NCBI GenBank assembly: GCA_963805085.1
Contig: CAWDTA010000002.1
Coordinates: 864,001-928,000 of the forward strand
Direction of reading: 5' to 3'
Length of the DNA stretch: 64,000 bases
Origin: an uncultured Veillonellaceae bacterium
GTDB taxonomy: Bacteria > Bacillota > Negativicutes > JARBTT01
Part shown: positions 1 through 9,844 of the stretch, in pieces
Layout: every line of letters starts with the position of its first letter
Position numbering within the stretch: position 1 is the first letter of the stretch
The notes under the pieces: generated by a model
The model's database searches: none
What the model was told of the DNA's origin: nothing
What the model saw: only the letters and a program-made list of their open reading frames with translations
Made by a program: the position numbers and the translations under genes

Positions 1-84
1 GGTATGTGTGATGTCGTGATTCATGCCGAACCATCAAGCCATAAAGCTGAAGCTGATTTTTTTAGGCAGAGTGAACAAAAATAG
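1..84 (+). CDS. 3' end of a CDS, probably a cation diffusion facilitator (CDF) transporter (partial)
   Basis: Frame 1 reads GMCDVVIHAEPSSHKAEADFFRQSEQK*; DVVIHxEP is typical of the CDF C-terminal domain. Confidence 0.6.
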   Translation, partial: GMCDVVIHAEPSSHKAEADFFRQSEQK

Positions 85-85
85 A

Positions 86-124
86 AAAATAGGATAGTTA
101 TGAATTTCATAACTATCCTATTTT
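86..124. terminator. Bidirectional intrinsic terminator
   Basis: Perfect inverted repeat aaaataggatagttatgaa / ttcataactatcctatttt between convergent genes. Confidence 0.8.
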
Positions 125-172
125 CTTACCATAAAAACAAGCGGTGAAGACTAATATTTCCCGGCAATAACT

Positions 173-955
173 TTAGTATTTATATAAGTTAGGCTTTCTG
201 TCATTAAACACGTTAATCGTAGTACGAATCTCTGCTAACAAATCTAAATTTAATGCTGCTGTTACAATTGCTTCTTTTTCGTCAGCTTGCTTTAGGACAT
301 TACCCCAAGGATCAATTAACATCGAATTGCCAGCTAAATGAAAGTTTTTAAAGGATCCAGCACCATTGATTGCTGCAACGAAAAATTGATTTTCAATCGC
401 ACGGGCTTGGTTTAATATTTGCCAATGGGTTAGACGTTCTAGTGGCCAGGCGGCTGGGACGAATAGGAGATCAATGCCTTCTAAAGCAAGCATTCGAACG
501 AGTTCACAGAAACGAATATCATAACAAATAATCACTGCACATTTTACTCCGTCAAGCATAAAGATACTAAGTTTATCTCCAGTAGAAAAAAACTGGTTCT
601 CCTTGGATGGGGAAAAAAGATGAATTTTATGATAGGTTGCAATCTCCTCGCCTTGCCGATTGAAGGTATAGTTGGTGTTGTATAACTGTTCTCCAATGCG
701 GTTCGCGATAGAGCCACCTACAATATTGACATTGTACTTTTTCGCTAATGTACTTAAAAATGTCCGTGCTTTTTGCCCGTTTTTATCAGCAAAATCAATA
801 ATTGGTTTAGGAAAAAAGCCAACATTCCACATTTCTGGTAATGCAAGTACATCAGGTTTCTCTTGCATCGCTTTTTCAGTGGCTGCGAGGACGGAAACTT
901 TATTTTTTTCAAAATCACCCAAGACAATATGTATTTGGAGTAATGATAGTTTCAT
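173..955 (-). CDS. Carbon-nitrogen hydrolase (nitrilase family, omega-amidase/MtnU-YafV-like)
   Basis: Catalytic triad motifs LPEMW, YHKIHLF, ICYDIRFCE; ARAIENQ. Confidence 0.9.
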   Translation of the reverse strand: MKLSLLQIHIVLGDFEKNKVSVLAATEKAMQEKPDVLALPEMWNVGFFPKPIIDFADKNGQKARTFLSTLAKKYNVNIVGGSIANRIGEQLYNTNYTFNRQGEEIATYHKIHLFSPSKENQFFSTGDKLSIFMLDGVKCAVIICYDIRFCELVRMLALEGIDLLFVPAAWPLERLTHWQILNQARAIENQFFVAAINGAGSFKNFHLAGNSMLIDPWGNVLKQADEKEAIVTAALNLDLLAEIRTTINVFNDRKPNLYKY

Positions 956-1214
956 GGTAGTTTAACCTCACAATTTTTGTCTTTGTAATAGGAAAACGAT
1001 ACTTAGCTGATTTTATACTTTATCTGGAGCTATTTCTGCATAGGTTTTGTAATTCCTTGTTATTTGGAAGATAAACGCTAAGTTTATTTATGTCTACAGG
1101 AAATATCATATAAGATGACTATAGGAACATAACATTGATCCCAGTAAGAGTATCCTTACCATTTTGGCTTAGGTTATACGAATCATTTAGAAAAGTTAAA
1201 ATGAAGTTGTTGGG

Positions 1215-1679
1215 CTACTCAGTATCTGTTTTATCTGATGGAGCCGCAGGTTGCTGCTTTGGGCAGGCAAAACTGCAATCTGGATTCAGCGGGTCTGGCG
1301 GCGAAAAACAAGAATTTTCCTCGCAATAACAGGTTAAAATGCGCCGTAAAACTTCAATTTCGATAATTTCTTCAATGGTATGCTCTTCAATGGGATTTTG
1401 GGCTAAACTAAAGAAGTCAATTGGAGCACAGGTCGTGCTTAAAAATTGAGCCAAGAATTTGATTTTACAACAGAGTAATTCTAATAAAATATCGATCAAT
1501 GTTCCGCTACGGTCAAAGCGAATAATTGCTCGTTCGTAAACTTCAATTGGCACGCCCGGTGTTCGACCGATTTCTTCAGCAGAGCCAACCAATAACCGAT
1601 AGCTACTAGATAATGAAGCGAGATTAGGGACTAGAGCGTTAACATCAGAAATAATGGCACTTAAAATTGGCGTAGCCAT
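1215..1679 (-). CDS. Hypothetical Cys-rich protein, possible spore-associated protein
   Basis: ORF with GAGGTG RBS before ATG 1679; CC pairs and a Pro/Cys-rich tail; sigma-K-like promoter upstream. Confidence 0.6.
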   Translation of the reverse strand: MATPILSAIISDVNALVPNLASLSSSYRLLVGSAEEIGRTPGVPIEVYERAIIRFDRSGTLIDILLELLCCKIKFLAQFLSTTCAPIDFFSLAQNPIEEHTIEEIIEIEVLRRILTCYCEENSCFSPPDPLNPDCSFACPKQQPAAPSDKTDTE

Positions 1680-1712
1680 AACAGAAATCACCTCTCATAC
1701 AGTTGCTACATC

Positions 1713-1740
1713 ATAGTATGCCATAAGTCCTTTCTTGGTG
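1713..1740 (-). promoter_or_regulatory. Sigma-K/E-like sporulation promoter
   Basis: Minus strand reads CACC-N16-CATACTAT, matching the mACm-N16-CATAnnnT consensus. Confidence 0.45.
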
Positions 1741-1824
1741 AAGGCAGGATTGAGTAAGTAAATAGAGAATTATATACTTTAAAAGTAAAATAACAATTAA
1801 TAAATTCATACCAATGAAAGGTAG

Positions 1825-2037
1825 GTGAACAGCGTGGAAAGAGTTCACTATGATATTGGGGACACTGTAAAAATGAAAAAAGTACATCCATGTGGTACCG
1901 ATTTGTGGGAAATTACTCGTACGGGCATCGATTTCGGTGTAAAATGCAAAGGTTGTGGTCGCTTCGTTATGATACCGCGCCCAAAATTTGAAAAGGCAGT
2001 GAAAGCAATCATTGCAAAAAAGCAGGTAGAAGAATAA
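1825..2037 (+). CDS. DUF951 (YyzM-like) protein
   Basis: YDIGDTVKMKKVHPCG...WEITRTGIDFGVKCKGCGR signature. Confidence 0.85.
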   Translation: MNSVERVHYDIGDTVKMKKVHPCGTDLWEITRTGIDFGVKCKGCGRFVMIPRPKFEKAVKAIIAKKQVEE

Positions 2038-2080
2038 TTTGATAACAAAATGGAAAGAAAAATTAATTTCGTGTAAATGT

Positions 2081-2098
2081 TTGTTAAACCATTATAAA
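2081..2098. promoter_or_regulatory. Possible Rex operator
   Basis: TTGTTAA-acca-TTATAAA matches clostridial Rex consensus TTGTTAA-N4-TTAACAA at 12/14, just upstream of the pfl promoter. Confidence 0.4.
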
Positions 2099-2103
2099 TT
2101 CTA

Positions 2104-2133
2104 TTGACAGATTCCTACACCTTCGAATATAAT
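2104..2133 (+). promoter_or_regulatory. Sigma-A promoter P1 of the pfl leader
   Basis: TTGACA-18 nt-TATAAT. Confidence 0.75.
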
Positions 2134-2156
2134 AACCTCATAAAACAAAATATTTA

Positions 2157-2227
2157 TAATACAGAACTGGCGGAACAAGTGGTTTACCACGGGGGACTGT
2201 ATTTTTTAAAAGCCGACCGCCTGGGCA
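2157..2227 (+). ncRNA. ZMP/ZTP (pfl) riboswitch aptamer
   Basis: P1 aatacag/ctgtatt, ACTGGCGGAA, GTGG..CCACGGGGGA, and the 3' hairpin GCCGACCGCCTGGGC; lies upstream of pflB. Confidence 0.92.
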
Positions 2228-2254
2228 TAGTTATCTAAGCTCAGGTGGTTTTTT
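2217..2254 (+). terminator. Riboswitch expression-platform terminator
   Basis: ccgcctgggc...gctcaggtgg followed by tttttt, overlapping the aptamer 3' hairpin. Confidence 0.85.
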
Positions 2255-2372
2255 GTCGTTTTCTTAGGGTGATTTTTAGCTCACAAAAAGCGAATGAGTG
2301 CAAAAATGATGAATCAAAAAGGAGGTAACAATATAAATTTAGTACCAGATATTAAAAGTTACTCATATTACC

Positions 2373-2402
2373 TTGACACATATTGTTTAACTCGAATATA
2401 AT
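2373..2402 (+). promoter_or_regulatory. Second sigma-A promoter P2, downstream of the riboswitch
   Basis: TTGACA-18 nt-TATAAT. Confidence 0.65.
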
Positions 2403-2516
2403 AAGCACATCAAGAACATAATAATCTAATATTGCAGGACTTAAAATAGCGCTGTTTATGGGGAAATTTTTAACGTTCTTAGTGATATTTTTATTGATGA
2501 AATAGGAGGAGTTCTC

Positions 2517-4742
2517 ATGAAAAATTGGCAAGAATTTAAAGAAGGTAATTGGCAACAATTCATAGATGTAAGAAATTTTATTCAAACAAACTATAAACCT
2601 TATGAAGGTGATGATAGCTTTTTAACGGGGATTACTGGCAAAACCAAAGCGGTTTGGGAAGTATGTAAAAATTTATTAGCGGAAGAAAATGAAAAAGGGA
2701 TCCTTGATGTCGATACAAAAATTGTTTCTACTACGACATCGCATAGAGCTGGTTATATTGATAAAGAAAACGAAGTTATTTTTGGTTTACAAACTGATGC
2801 TCCATTAAAACGCGGTGTGATCGTCAATGGTGGAGTTCGCATGGCAGAGCAAGCTTGCGAAGAATACGGGTATGAATTAGATCAAAAAATCAAAGATATC
2901 TATACAAATAATGTGACAACCCATAATAGTGCGGTATTTAGCATTTATACTCCAGAAATGCGTAATGCGCGTAAACTAGGCATCATCACAGGCTTACCAG
3001 ATGCATATGGTCGTGGACGAATCATTGGTGATTATCGTCGCGTAGCGCTTTATGGAATCAACCGTTTAATCACAGAAAAACAAAAAGACTTAAATGAAAA
3101 GTTCAATGTGCCAATGACAGAGGAAACTTTACGCAGCCGTGATGAAATCGCTAAACAAATTGCCGCACTCAAAGATTTAATTACCATGGGTAAAGAATAT
3201 GGCTTTGATATGAGTGAGCCTGCCAAAGATGCCAAAGAAGCAGTGCAATGGGTATACTTCGGCTATCTTGCAGCGATTAAAGATCAAAATGGTGCAGCGA
3301 TGTCTATTGGTCGTGTATCGACATTCTTAGATATTTATATTTCTCGGGATATTGAAAATGGTATTTTAACCGAAAGTGGCGCGCAAGAATTGATGGATCA
3401 ATTTGTCATCAAACTTCGTCTTGCTCGGATGCTTAGAACACCGGAATATAATGAGTTGTTTGCCGGCGATCCACTTTGGGTAACAGAGTCGATTGGCGGA
3501 ATTGGACAAGATGGTCGTTCTTTGGTAACCAAAAACTCTTATCGTGTACTTCATACCTTATATAATTTAGGGCCAGCACCAGAACCAAATTTAACAGTGC
3601 TTTGGTCAGAAAAGTTACCAAGTAACTTCAAAGAATTCTGTGCACAAGTATCGATTGATACAAGCGCAATCCAATATGAAAATGATGAAGTAATGCGTCC
3701 AATTTACGGGGATGATTATGGTATCGCTTGTTGTGTATCAGCGATGCAAATTGGACACCAAATGCAATTCTTTGGTGCACGGGCAAACTTAGCAAAATCA
3801 TTATTGCTTGCCATTAATGGCGGCTTAGATGAAAATGCTGCAAAACAATTAGCACCAGCAATGCCAATTGTCGATGGTGAATATTTAGATTATGAAGTTG
3901 TTCGCAAAAATTACTCTAAAGTACTCGCATGGCTCGCGGGCCTTTATGTAAATACCATGAATTTAATCCATTTTATGCATGATAAACACGCCTATGAAGC
4001 AGGGCAAATGGCGCTTCATGATAGCGAAGTAAAACGTTTGATGGCGTTTGGCGTAGCTGGACTTTCCGTGGCAGTTGACTCACTTAGTGCCATTCGCTAT
4101 GCAAAAGTAAAAGCAATCCGTGATGAAAACGGTATTGCTAAAGAATTTGCAATCGAAGGTGAATTCCCAATGTACGGTAACAATGATCCACGTGTAGATA
4201 GCTTAGCAAAAGAAATTACGCATGAATTTATTACGGAACTTAGAAAACATGGAACGTATCGCAAGGCAGAACATACGTTATCGGTACTTACGATTACCTC
4301 TAATGTTATGTATGGTAAGAAAACTGGGGCAACTCCTGATGGACGTAAAGCTGGCGAAGCGTTTGCGCCAGGGGCAAACCCAATGCATGGTCGTGATAGA
4401 CATGGCGCATTGGCGGCGATGAAGTCGGTAACAAATATTTCTTATGATGATTGTCGTGATGGTATTTCTTATACCTTCTCGATTATTCCTGCCGCACTTG
4501 GTAAAAATGCCGATGCGCGTGCGAAAAATCTAGTAGCTTTATTGGATGGTTATTCTGCTTGCCATGGTCATCATATCAATATCAATGTATTTGATCGGGC
4601 GCTACTTGAAGCAGCAATGAAAGAACCGGAAAATTATCCGCAACTTACCATCCGTGTATCTGGTTATGCAGTTAATTTCGTAAAACTTAGTAAGGCGCAT
4701 CAATTGGAAGTAATTAAACGTACTTTCTATGAAGCAGTTTAA
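2517..4742 (+). CDS. pflB: Pyruvate formate-lyase
   Basis: IACCVSAM cysteine pair; glycyl-radical motif TIRVSGYAV; [17 protein letters not shown]. Confidence 0.98.
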   Translation: MKNWQEFKEGNWQQFIDVRNFIQTNYKPYEGDDSFLTGITGKTKAVWEVCKNLLAEENEKGILDVDTKIVSTTTSHRAGYIDKENEVIFGLQTDAPLKRGVIVNGGVRMAEQACEEYGYELDQKIKDIYTNNVTTHNSAVFSIYTPEMRNARKLGIITGLPDAYGRGRIIGDYRRVALYGINRLITEKQKDLNEKFNVPMTEETLRSRDEIAKQIAALKDLITMGKEYGFDMSEPAKDAKEAVQWVYFGYLAAIKDQNGAAMSIGRVSTFLDIYISRDIENGILTESGAQELMDQFVIKLRLARMLRTPEYNELFAGDPLWVTESIGGIGQDGRSLVTKNSYRVLHTLYNLGPAPEPNLTVLWSEKLPSNFKEFCAQVSIDTSAIQYENDEVMRPIYGDDYGIACCVSAMQIGHQMQFFGARANLAKSLLLAINGGLDENAAKQLAPAMPIVDGEYLDYEVVRKNYSKVLAWLAGLYVNTMNLIHFMHDKHAYEAGQMALHDSEVKRLMAFGVAGLSVAVDSLSAIRYAKVKAIRDENGIAKEFAIEGEFPMYGNNDPRVDSLAKEITHEFITELRKHGTYRKAEHTLSVLTITSNVMYGKKTGATPDGRKAGEAFAPGANPMHGRDRHGALAAMKSVTNISYDDCRDGISYTFSIIPAALGKNADARAKNLVALLDGYSACHGHHININVFDRALLEAAMKEPENYPQLTIRVSGYAVNFVKLSKAHQLEVIKRTFYEAV

Positions 4743-4743
4743 C

Positions 4744-5466
4744 ATGGTCGGATATTATCATTCCAAAGAAACCTTTGGCACCGTTGATGGTAAAGGGATT
4801 CGTTACGTACTATTTTTGGCAGGGTGCAGCTTAGGCTGTGCCTTTTGCCATAATCCAGATAGCTGGGCACGTGGTGATAAGACGATTACGGTAGAGGAAG
4901 TAATTGCCGATGTCGAGCAGTATCGCAATTTTTATGAGTCCTCGGGTGGCGGCATTACAGTAAGCGGTGGCGAACCATTGCTGCAATCAGAGTTTGTAGC
5001 CACACTATTTGCAGCCTGTCATAAAGCAAAGATTCATACAACGGTAGATACAGCTGGCTTTTATCAGCAAGATCTCCTTGATGCAGTTCTAGAACATACC
5101 GATCATGTGTTGTTTTCCTTGAAGGCGGTGGCTTCAAAAATTCATCAGTACTTAACAAAGGCTGATAACAAAAAAATCTTAGAGAATCTAGCGTACATTG
5201 CAAAACGTAAACCAATATCGCTTCGTTATGTGGTGGTTCCTGGGGTAAATGATGTTGCTGAAGAAATTGATGGCTTAGCCGATTTAATCAAAAAAATCGG
5301 TGGGGATGTAAAAGTAGAATTACTCGGGTATCATACGATGGGCGTTTATAAATGGAAGGAGCTTGGTATGGAGTACAAGCTTGCTGATGTGAAAGCTGCC
5401 AGCAAAGAAGATGTGCAAAAAGTACGAGTAGAATTAGAAAAAGCCGGAATTGAGATGCAATATTAA
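4744..5466 (+). CDS. pflA: Pyruvate formate-lyase activating enzyme (radical SAM)
   Basis: ETFGTVDGKGIR, CSLGCAFCHNPD (CxxxCxxC), SGGEP; directly follows pflB. Confidence 0.95.
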   Translation: MVGYYHSKETFGTVDGKGIRYVLFLAGCSLGCAFCHNPDSWARGDKTITVEEVIADVEQYRNFYESSGGGITVSGGEPLLQSEFVATLFAACHKAKIHTTVDTAGFYQQDLLDAVLEHTDHVLFSLKAVASKIHQYLTKADNKKILENLAYIAKRKPISLRYVVVPGVNDVAEEIDGLADLIKKIGGDVKVELLGYHTMGVYKWKELGMEYKLADVKAASKEDVQKVRVELEKAGIEMQY

Positions 5467-5498
5467 TTGCTACGTTGTAAAATAAATAAAATGGATAG

Positions 5499-5535
5499 AA
5501 ATATCGGATGCTAGTAGAGTATCCGATATTTTTTT
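5499..5535 (+). terminator. Intrinsic terminator after pflA
   Basis: aaatatcggat...atccgatattt plus T run. Confidence 0.75.
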
Positions 5536-5711
5536 CATCATAAGCATAAGAGGGCACAATCGTTTCGTAAAATAGGGCTAGGTATTGCAATTAAATCCTA
5601 GATACTCTACAATTATAGGGACTTGGTTTTTATTAAATATAGATGCATTTGTAAGGACAATCGCTGTCCATTTCAATAAAATAATATTAGAATAAGGTGG
5701 AATTTTCATTT

Positions 5712-6818
5712 ATGAGTAATTTAGAAGTAGGTATCGTTGGATTACCTAACGTTGGCAAGAGTACACTGTTTAATGCGATAACAAAAGCTGGTGCTGAGGC
5801 GGCCAATTATCCGTTCTGTACTATTGAACCGAATGTTGGGGTCGTAGATGTACCAGATCCTCGTTTAGAGGTATTAAGCGACATGAACAGTGCGAGAAGA
5901 ATTGTTCCAGCATCCATCCGTTTCGTGGATATTGCAGGCCTTGTAAAAGGTGCAGCACAAGGGGAAGGTTTGGGCAATAAATTCTTGTCGCACATTCGTC
6001 AAGTAGATGCGGTTGCGCAAGTAATTCGTTGTTTTATTGATGAGAATATTACACATGTTGAAGGAAATATCGATCCATTGCGAGATATCGAAATCATCAA
6101 TACTGAATTGTGCTTAGCTGATCTGGAATCCGTTGAAAAACGTATGGAACGTTCTCAAAAAATGGTGAAAAGCGGCGATAAAAAAGCAAAAGTAGAAATG
6201 GATTTACTGACCCGCATTAAAGACATGTTAGGTGAGGCATTGCCAGCTCGGCGTGTAGAAATGAATGAAGATGAATTATTAATCGTTCGCGATTTAAATC
6301 TTTTAACTTTAAAACCGATTCTTTTCGTAGCAAATGTTGCGGAAGATGAAGTAGCAACTGCTGAAGCAGAAAATGCCTACGTACAAAAAGTAAAAGAATA
6401 TGCAAAACACGAGGGGGCAGAAGTCATCGTTGTTTCTGCAAAAGTAGAGTCTGAAATTGCTGAACTTGGTGATGAAGATGCGAAAGACTTCTTAGCAGAA
6501 CTAGGCTTAGAACAATCTGGTTTGGATAAATTAATCAAGGCTTCTTTCAAATTATTAGGACTGATCACGTTCTTAACTGCTGGGGTGCAAGAGGTCCACG
6601 CTTGGACAATCACAGAAGGTACCAAAGCACCAGAAGCTGGTGGTAAAATCCATAGTGATATCGAACGTGGTTTTATCCGAGCAGAAATTGTCTCTTACGA
6701 TGACCTGATTGCCGCTGGCAGTCAAAATGCAGCAAAAGAAAAAGGACAAGTTCGTCTTGAAGGTAAAGAATATATCATGAAAGACGGCGATGTAACGTAT
6801 TTCCGTTTTAATGTTTGA
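5712..6818 (+). CDS. ychF: Redox-regulated ribosome-binding ATPase YchF
   Basis: GIVGLPNVGKST, ANYPFCTIEPN, DIAGLV, C-terminal EGKEY..DGD..FRFNV. Confidence 0.98.
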   Translation: MSNLEVGIVGLPNVGKSTLFNAITKAGAEAANYPFCTIEPNVGVVDVPDPRLEVLSDMNSARRIVPASIRFVDIAGLVKGAAQGEGLGNKFLSHIRQVDAVAQVIRCFIDENITHVEGNIDPLRDIEIINTELCLADLESVEKRMERSQKMVKSGDKKAKVEMDLLTRIKDMLGEALPARRVEMNEDELLIVRDLNLLTLKPILFVANVAEDEVATAEAENAYVQKVKEYAKHEGAEVIVVSAKVESEIAELGDEDAKDFLAELGLEQSGLDKLIKASFKLLGLITFLTAGVQEVHAWTITEGTKAPEAGGKIHSDIERGFIRAEIVSYDDLIAAGSQNAAKEKGQVRLEGKEYIMKDGDVTYFRFNV

Positions 6819-6838
6819 TTTCAATCTTATATAATTTT

Positions 6839-6866
6839 AAAGACCTGCTATATTAGCAGGTCTTTT
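6839..6866 (+). terminator. Intrinsic terminator after ychF
   Basis: aaagacctgcta/tagcaggtcttt plus T run. Confidence 0.8.
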
Positions 6867-6942
6867 GTGTTATTATAAAGCTATTATTGATGATGCCACT
6901 TTTTTTGCGATACGATAGATATATTCTTTGGGGGATGATTTT

Positions 6943-8304
6943 ATGTCACAAGCAAGATTGGTATTTTTGGCGGTATTAACTACTTCTTTTATTGGGCCGT
7001 TTATGGGGAGTGCTATTAATTTGGCAATTCCAGCAATGGGGGAAACGTTTGGTGCAAATGCAAATGTGCTTAGTTGGGTTGTAACCGCTTATTTGCTTGG
7101 GTCGGTAATGGTGATGCTACCCATTGGGCGGCTTGCGGATATCATTGGGCGTAAAAAAGTCTATACACTAGGCGTAACTTTATTGATCGTGTTTACTTTA
7201 TTAGCTGGCTTTTCCTGGTCAGTTGAACTGTTGATTCTATTTCGTTTGATTCAGGGAATGGCCACAGCGATGATTTTTAGTACTGGGATGGCGATGATTA
7301 TCTCTGTTCACAAACTATCAGAGCGAGGGAGAGTAATTGGTTTTTCCGCGGCATCTACATATATCGGATTATCGCTAGGACCAATGCTCGGTGGGCTAGT
7401 GACACATTATATTGGTTGGCGTAGTATTTTTTTTATTACCGCAATCGTATTGGGCGTTAGTTTACTAGCAATCATCAGAGTCAAAGAAGAATGGTTTGGA
7501 GCCAAGGGCGAAACGTTTGATATAAGAGGAAGTGTTTGTTATATCATTGCGAGTCCGGCAATACTGTACGGCTGTTCGACGATTGTTACGGTAGGCTATG
7601 CGAAATATAGTTTAGTGGGTGGATTGCTGCTCTTTGCAATGTTTGTTAGAAGGCAACTCAATTGTCCGTCTCCCATTTTTGATGTAAAGCTTTTTCGTGG
7701 AAATACAGTATTTGCAATGTCAAATGTAGCGGCAATGATTAATTATAGTGCGACCTTTGCGATCGGTTTCATCTTATCGCTCTATCTACAGTTGATTCGT
7801 GGTTTTGATGCGCCAACAGCTGGCATGATTTTACTGATTCAGCCAATTATGATGGCACTATTTTCACCAAAAGCAGGGGCCTTGTCGGACAAGAATGATC
7901 CACAAATTGTGGCTTCTATTGGGATGGGCTTAAATACATTAGGTCTTATTTTCTTTGCTTTTATCAATACGGATACGCCAATTGTGCTCATTGGGCTTAA
8001 TCTTATGCTAATCGGGTTAGGGTTTGCCCTCTTTTCTTCACCTAATAATAATGCGATTATGGGGGCGGTCACACCAAAGTATTATGGTGTGGCAGCGTCG
8101 GCATTATCGGTTATGCGGCTCGCCGGGCAAGCAATTAGTATGGCAATTGTGACCTTTGTGTTATCAGTTTATGCGCTAGATACCATATCACCAGCGTATT
8201 TAAGCAATTTGTTGGTTGGTTTTCGTCAGATTTTTTTGATCTTTACCTTACTTTGTACAATCGGAACGATGGCTTCATTTGCCAGAGGAAAGAGAAAAAC
8301 CTAA
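6943..8304 (+). CDS. MFS transporter, DHA2 (EmrB/QacA-like)
   Basis: GRLADIIGRKK motif A, WVVTAYLL, GPMLGG, WRSIFF; about 14 hydrophobic segments. Confidence 0.88.
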   Translation: MSQARLVFLAVLTTSFIGPFMGSAINLAIPAMGETFGANANVLSWVVTAYLLGSVMVMLPIGRLADIIGRKKVYTLGVTLLIVFTLLAGFSWSVELLILFRLIQGMATAMIFSTGMAMIISVHKLSERGRVIGFSAASTYIGLSLGPMLGGLVTHYIGWRSIFFITAIVLGVSLLAIIRVKEEWFGAKGETFDIRGSVCYIIASPAILYGCSTIVTVGYAKYSLVGGLLLFAMFVRRQLNCPSPIFDVKLFRGNTVFAMSNVAAMINYSATFAIGFILSLYLQLIRGFDAPTAGMILLIQPIMMALFSPKAGALSDKNDPQIVASIGMGLNTLGLIFFAFINTDTPIVLIGLNLMLIGLGFALFSSPNNNAIMGAVTPKYYGVAASALSVMRLAGQAISMAIVTFVLSVYALDTISPAYLSNLLVGFRQIFLIFTLLCTIGTMASFARGKRKT

Positions 8305-8400
8305 ATTATTTCAAAAATTTAGTATAAAACTTCTTGCATAGCATGGACAAGAAGTGATATAATAATTTAGTCATAAGACAGTTAGGTTTCAAAAACTATT

Positions 8401-8452
8401 TTTGGACCTTCCCTGCTCCGCTTAAGGAGCCATTAGTCCAGAGAGGGAGGTG
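8401..8452 (+). ncRNA. S6:S18 ribosomal protein autoregulatory leader
   Basis: tggac/gtcca outer stem, gctcc/ggagc inner hairpin with CC element, and anti-SD ccttccct immediately before the rpsF RBS. Confidence 0.65.
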
Positions 8453-8457
8453 ATTTC

Positions 8458-8742
8458 GTGAGAAAATACGAAGTCATATTCATTGTTAAACCACTTGAAG
8501 AAGAAGCAACTAACGCTGTAATCGAAAAATTCGAAAAGCTAATTGCTGACAATGGTGGTAACATTGATAAAGTTGATCGTTGGGGTAAAAAACGTTTAGC
8601 ATATGCAATTGATGATTGCATGGACGGTTATTACTGCTTATTCTACGTTACAGGTGAGCCAGCACTCGTTGCTGAAATTGACCGTGTAATGAAGATTACT
8701 GACGGCATCTTAAAACACATGATCATTAAAGAAGAAGAATAA
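8458..8742 (+). CDS. rpsF: 30S ribosomal protein S6
   Basis: MRKYEVIFIV..WGKKRLAY. Confidence 0.98.
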   Translation: MRKYEVIFIVKPLEEEATNAVIEKFEKLIADNGGNIDKVDRWGKKRLAYAIDDCMDGYYCLFYVTGEPALVAEIDRVMKITDGILKHMIIKEEE

Positions 8743-8766
8743 TATAGGCCAGGGGGAAAAGTTACC

Positions 8767-9177
8767 ATGAATAAGGTTATATTGGTTGGTCGTCTTGCAC
8801 GTGATCCAGAAGTACGTTATACGCAAAGTGGGAAAGCAAATGCTACATTCAGCCTTGCTGTTAGTCGTTATGCTGGTAATGGGCAAAATACAGCTGATTT
8901 TATACCCATCGTAGCGTGGGAAAAACTGGCCGAAATTTGTGGCAATAATCTAATCAAAGGTAGTCAGATCTTAGTTGAAGGTCGTATACAAGTTCGTAAT
9001 TATGAAACACAAGACGGTCAAAAACGTTATGTGACAGAAGTAATCGCTCAAAATATTGAGTTTATGGGCAGTAAACAATCAAAACCAAGTGATGACAGTA
9101 CTACACCTGCACCTGCAACGGGTGGTGCAAATTCCTTTGGTAGTGAAGTCTTCCCTGACGAAGAAATACCATTTTAA
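8767..9177 (+). CDS. ssb: Single-stranded DNA-binding protein
   Basis: MNKVILVGRLARDPE..; acidic C-terminus DEEIPF. Confidence 0.98.
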   Translation: MNKVILVGRLARDPEVRYTQSGKANATFSLAVSRYAGNGQNTADFIPIVAWEKLAEICGNNLIKGSQILVEGRIQVRNYETQDGQKRYVTEVIAQNIEFMGSKQSKPSDDSTTPAPATGGANSFGSEVFPDEEIPF

Positions 9178-9192
9178 AGGGAGGTATGTTCG

Positions 9193-9423
9193 GTGAGACG
9201 CGAAAGAGGAAGAAAACCTAAGAAAAAAGTTTGTAGTTTCTGCGTAGATAAAGTAGATTCTATCGATTATAAAGATGTTCCAAAATTACGCCGTTACGTT
9301 ACAGAACGCGGTAAAATTTTACCACGTCGTATTTCAGGTAACTGTGCGAAACATCAACGTCAAGTAACTGTAGCAATTAAACGTGCACGTAATATTGCAT
9401 TATTGCCATTTACTGCTGAATAA
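9193..9423 (+). CDS. rpsR: 30S ribosomal protein S18 (Zn-binding C+ form)
   Basis: [26 protein letters not shown]. Confidence 0.98.
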   Translation: MRRERGRKPKKKVCSFCVDKVDSIDYKDVPKLRRYVTERGKILPRRISGNCAKHQRQVTVAIKRARNIALLPFTAE

Positions 9424-9433
9424 GATATTTAGC

Positions 9434-9458
9434 GAGAGAGCCGTAAGGCTCTCTTTTT
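9434..9458 (+). terminator. Intrinsic terminator after rpsR
   Basis: gagagagcc-gtaa-ggctctct plus T run. Confidence 0.85.
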
Positions 9459-9517
9459 GTATGCAAAAAAATAATAGGTAGGTATACTTACCTGTTGTAT
9501 AGAAAGATACAAGATAT

Positions 9518-9600
9518 TGTGGATAAGTGCTGAAAAATACTGCTCTAGTCACAAAATATATGAAGTTATACACAAAATCCTGTGATTATGCTGTGTATAA
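9518..9600. promoter_or_regulatory. DnaA-box cluster
   Basis: TGTGGATAA (9518-26), TTATACACA (9566-74) and TGTGTATAA (9592-9600) all fit TTATNCACA. Confidence 0.7.
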
Positions 9601-9760
9601 GTTGAAATAAACCTATAGAATATGATAAAATTTCAAAATTGCTACCACTGAGCAAGACGTTGGTATTACTATTTGGAGGTTTTATTTGCAATTATATTGA
9701 ATCGTTATCTTTTACGAAAAAAGTATCTTATATGGGGTGAGCATAGCAGTTGATAAAAAG

Positions 9761-9809
9761 AAAAATAACCGTAGCTTTACTGAAACTCAGTAAAGCTACG
9801 GTTATTTTT
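9761..9809. terminator. Long perfect hairpin, bidirectional terminator
   Basis: aaaaataaccgtagctttactga / tcagtaaagctacggttattttt. Confidence 0.8.
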
Positions 9810-9844
9810 ATCGGGAAAATGAAACTAATAAAGGAAGAGCTTCT

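Noticed and set aside
9686-9793. Selenocysteine read-through of the TGA in the mini-ORF
   Set aside because: No SECIS-like hairpin after the TGA and the extended peptide has no redox motif
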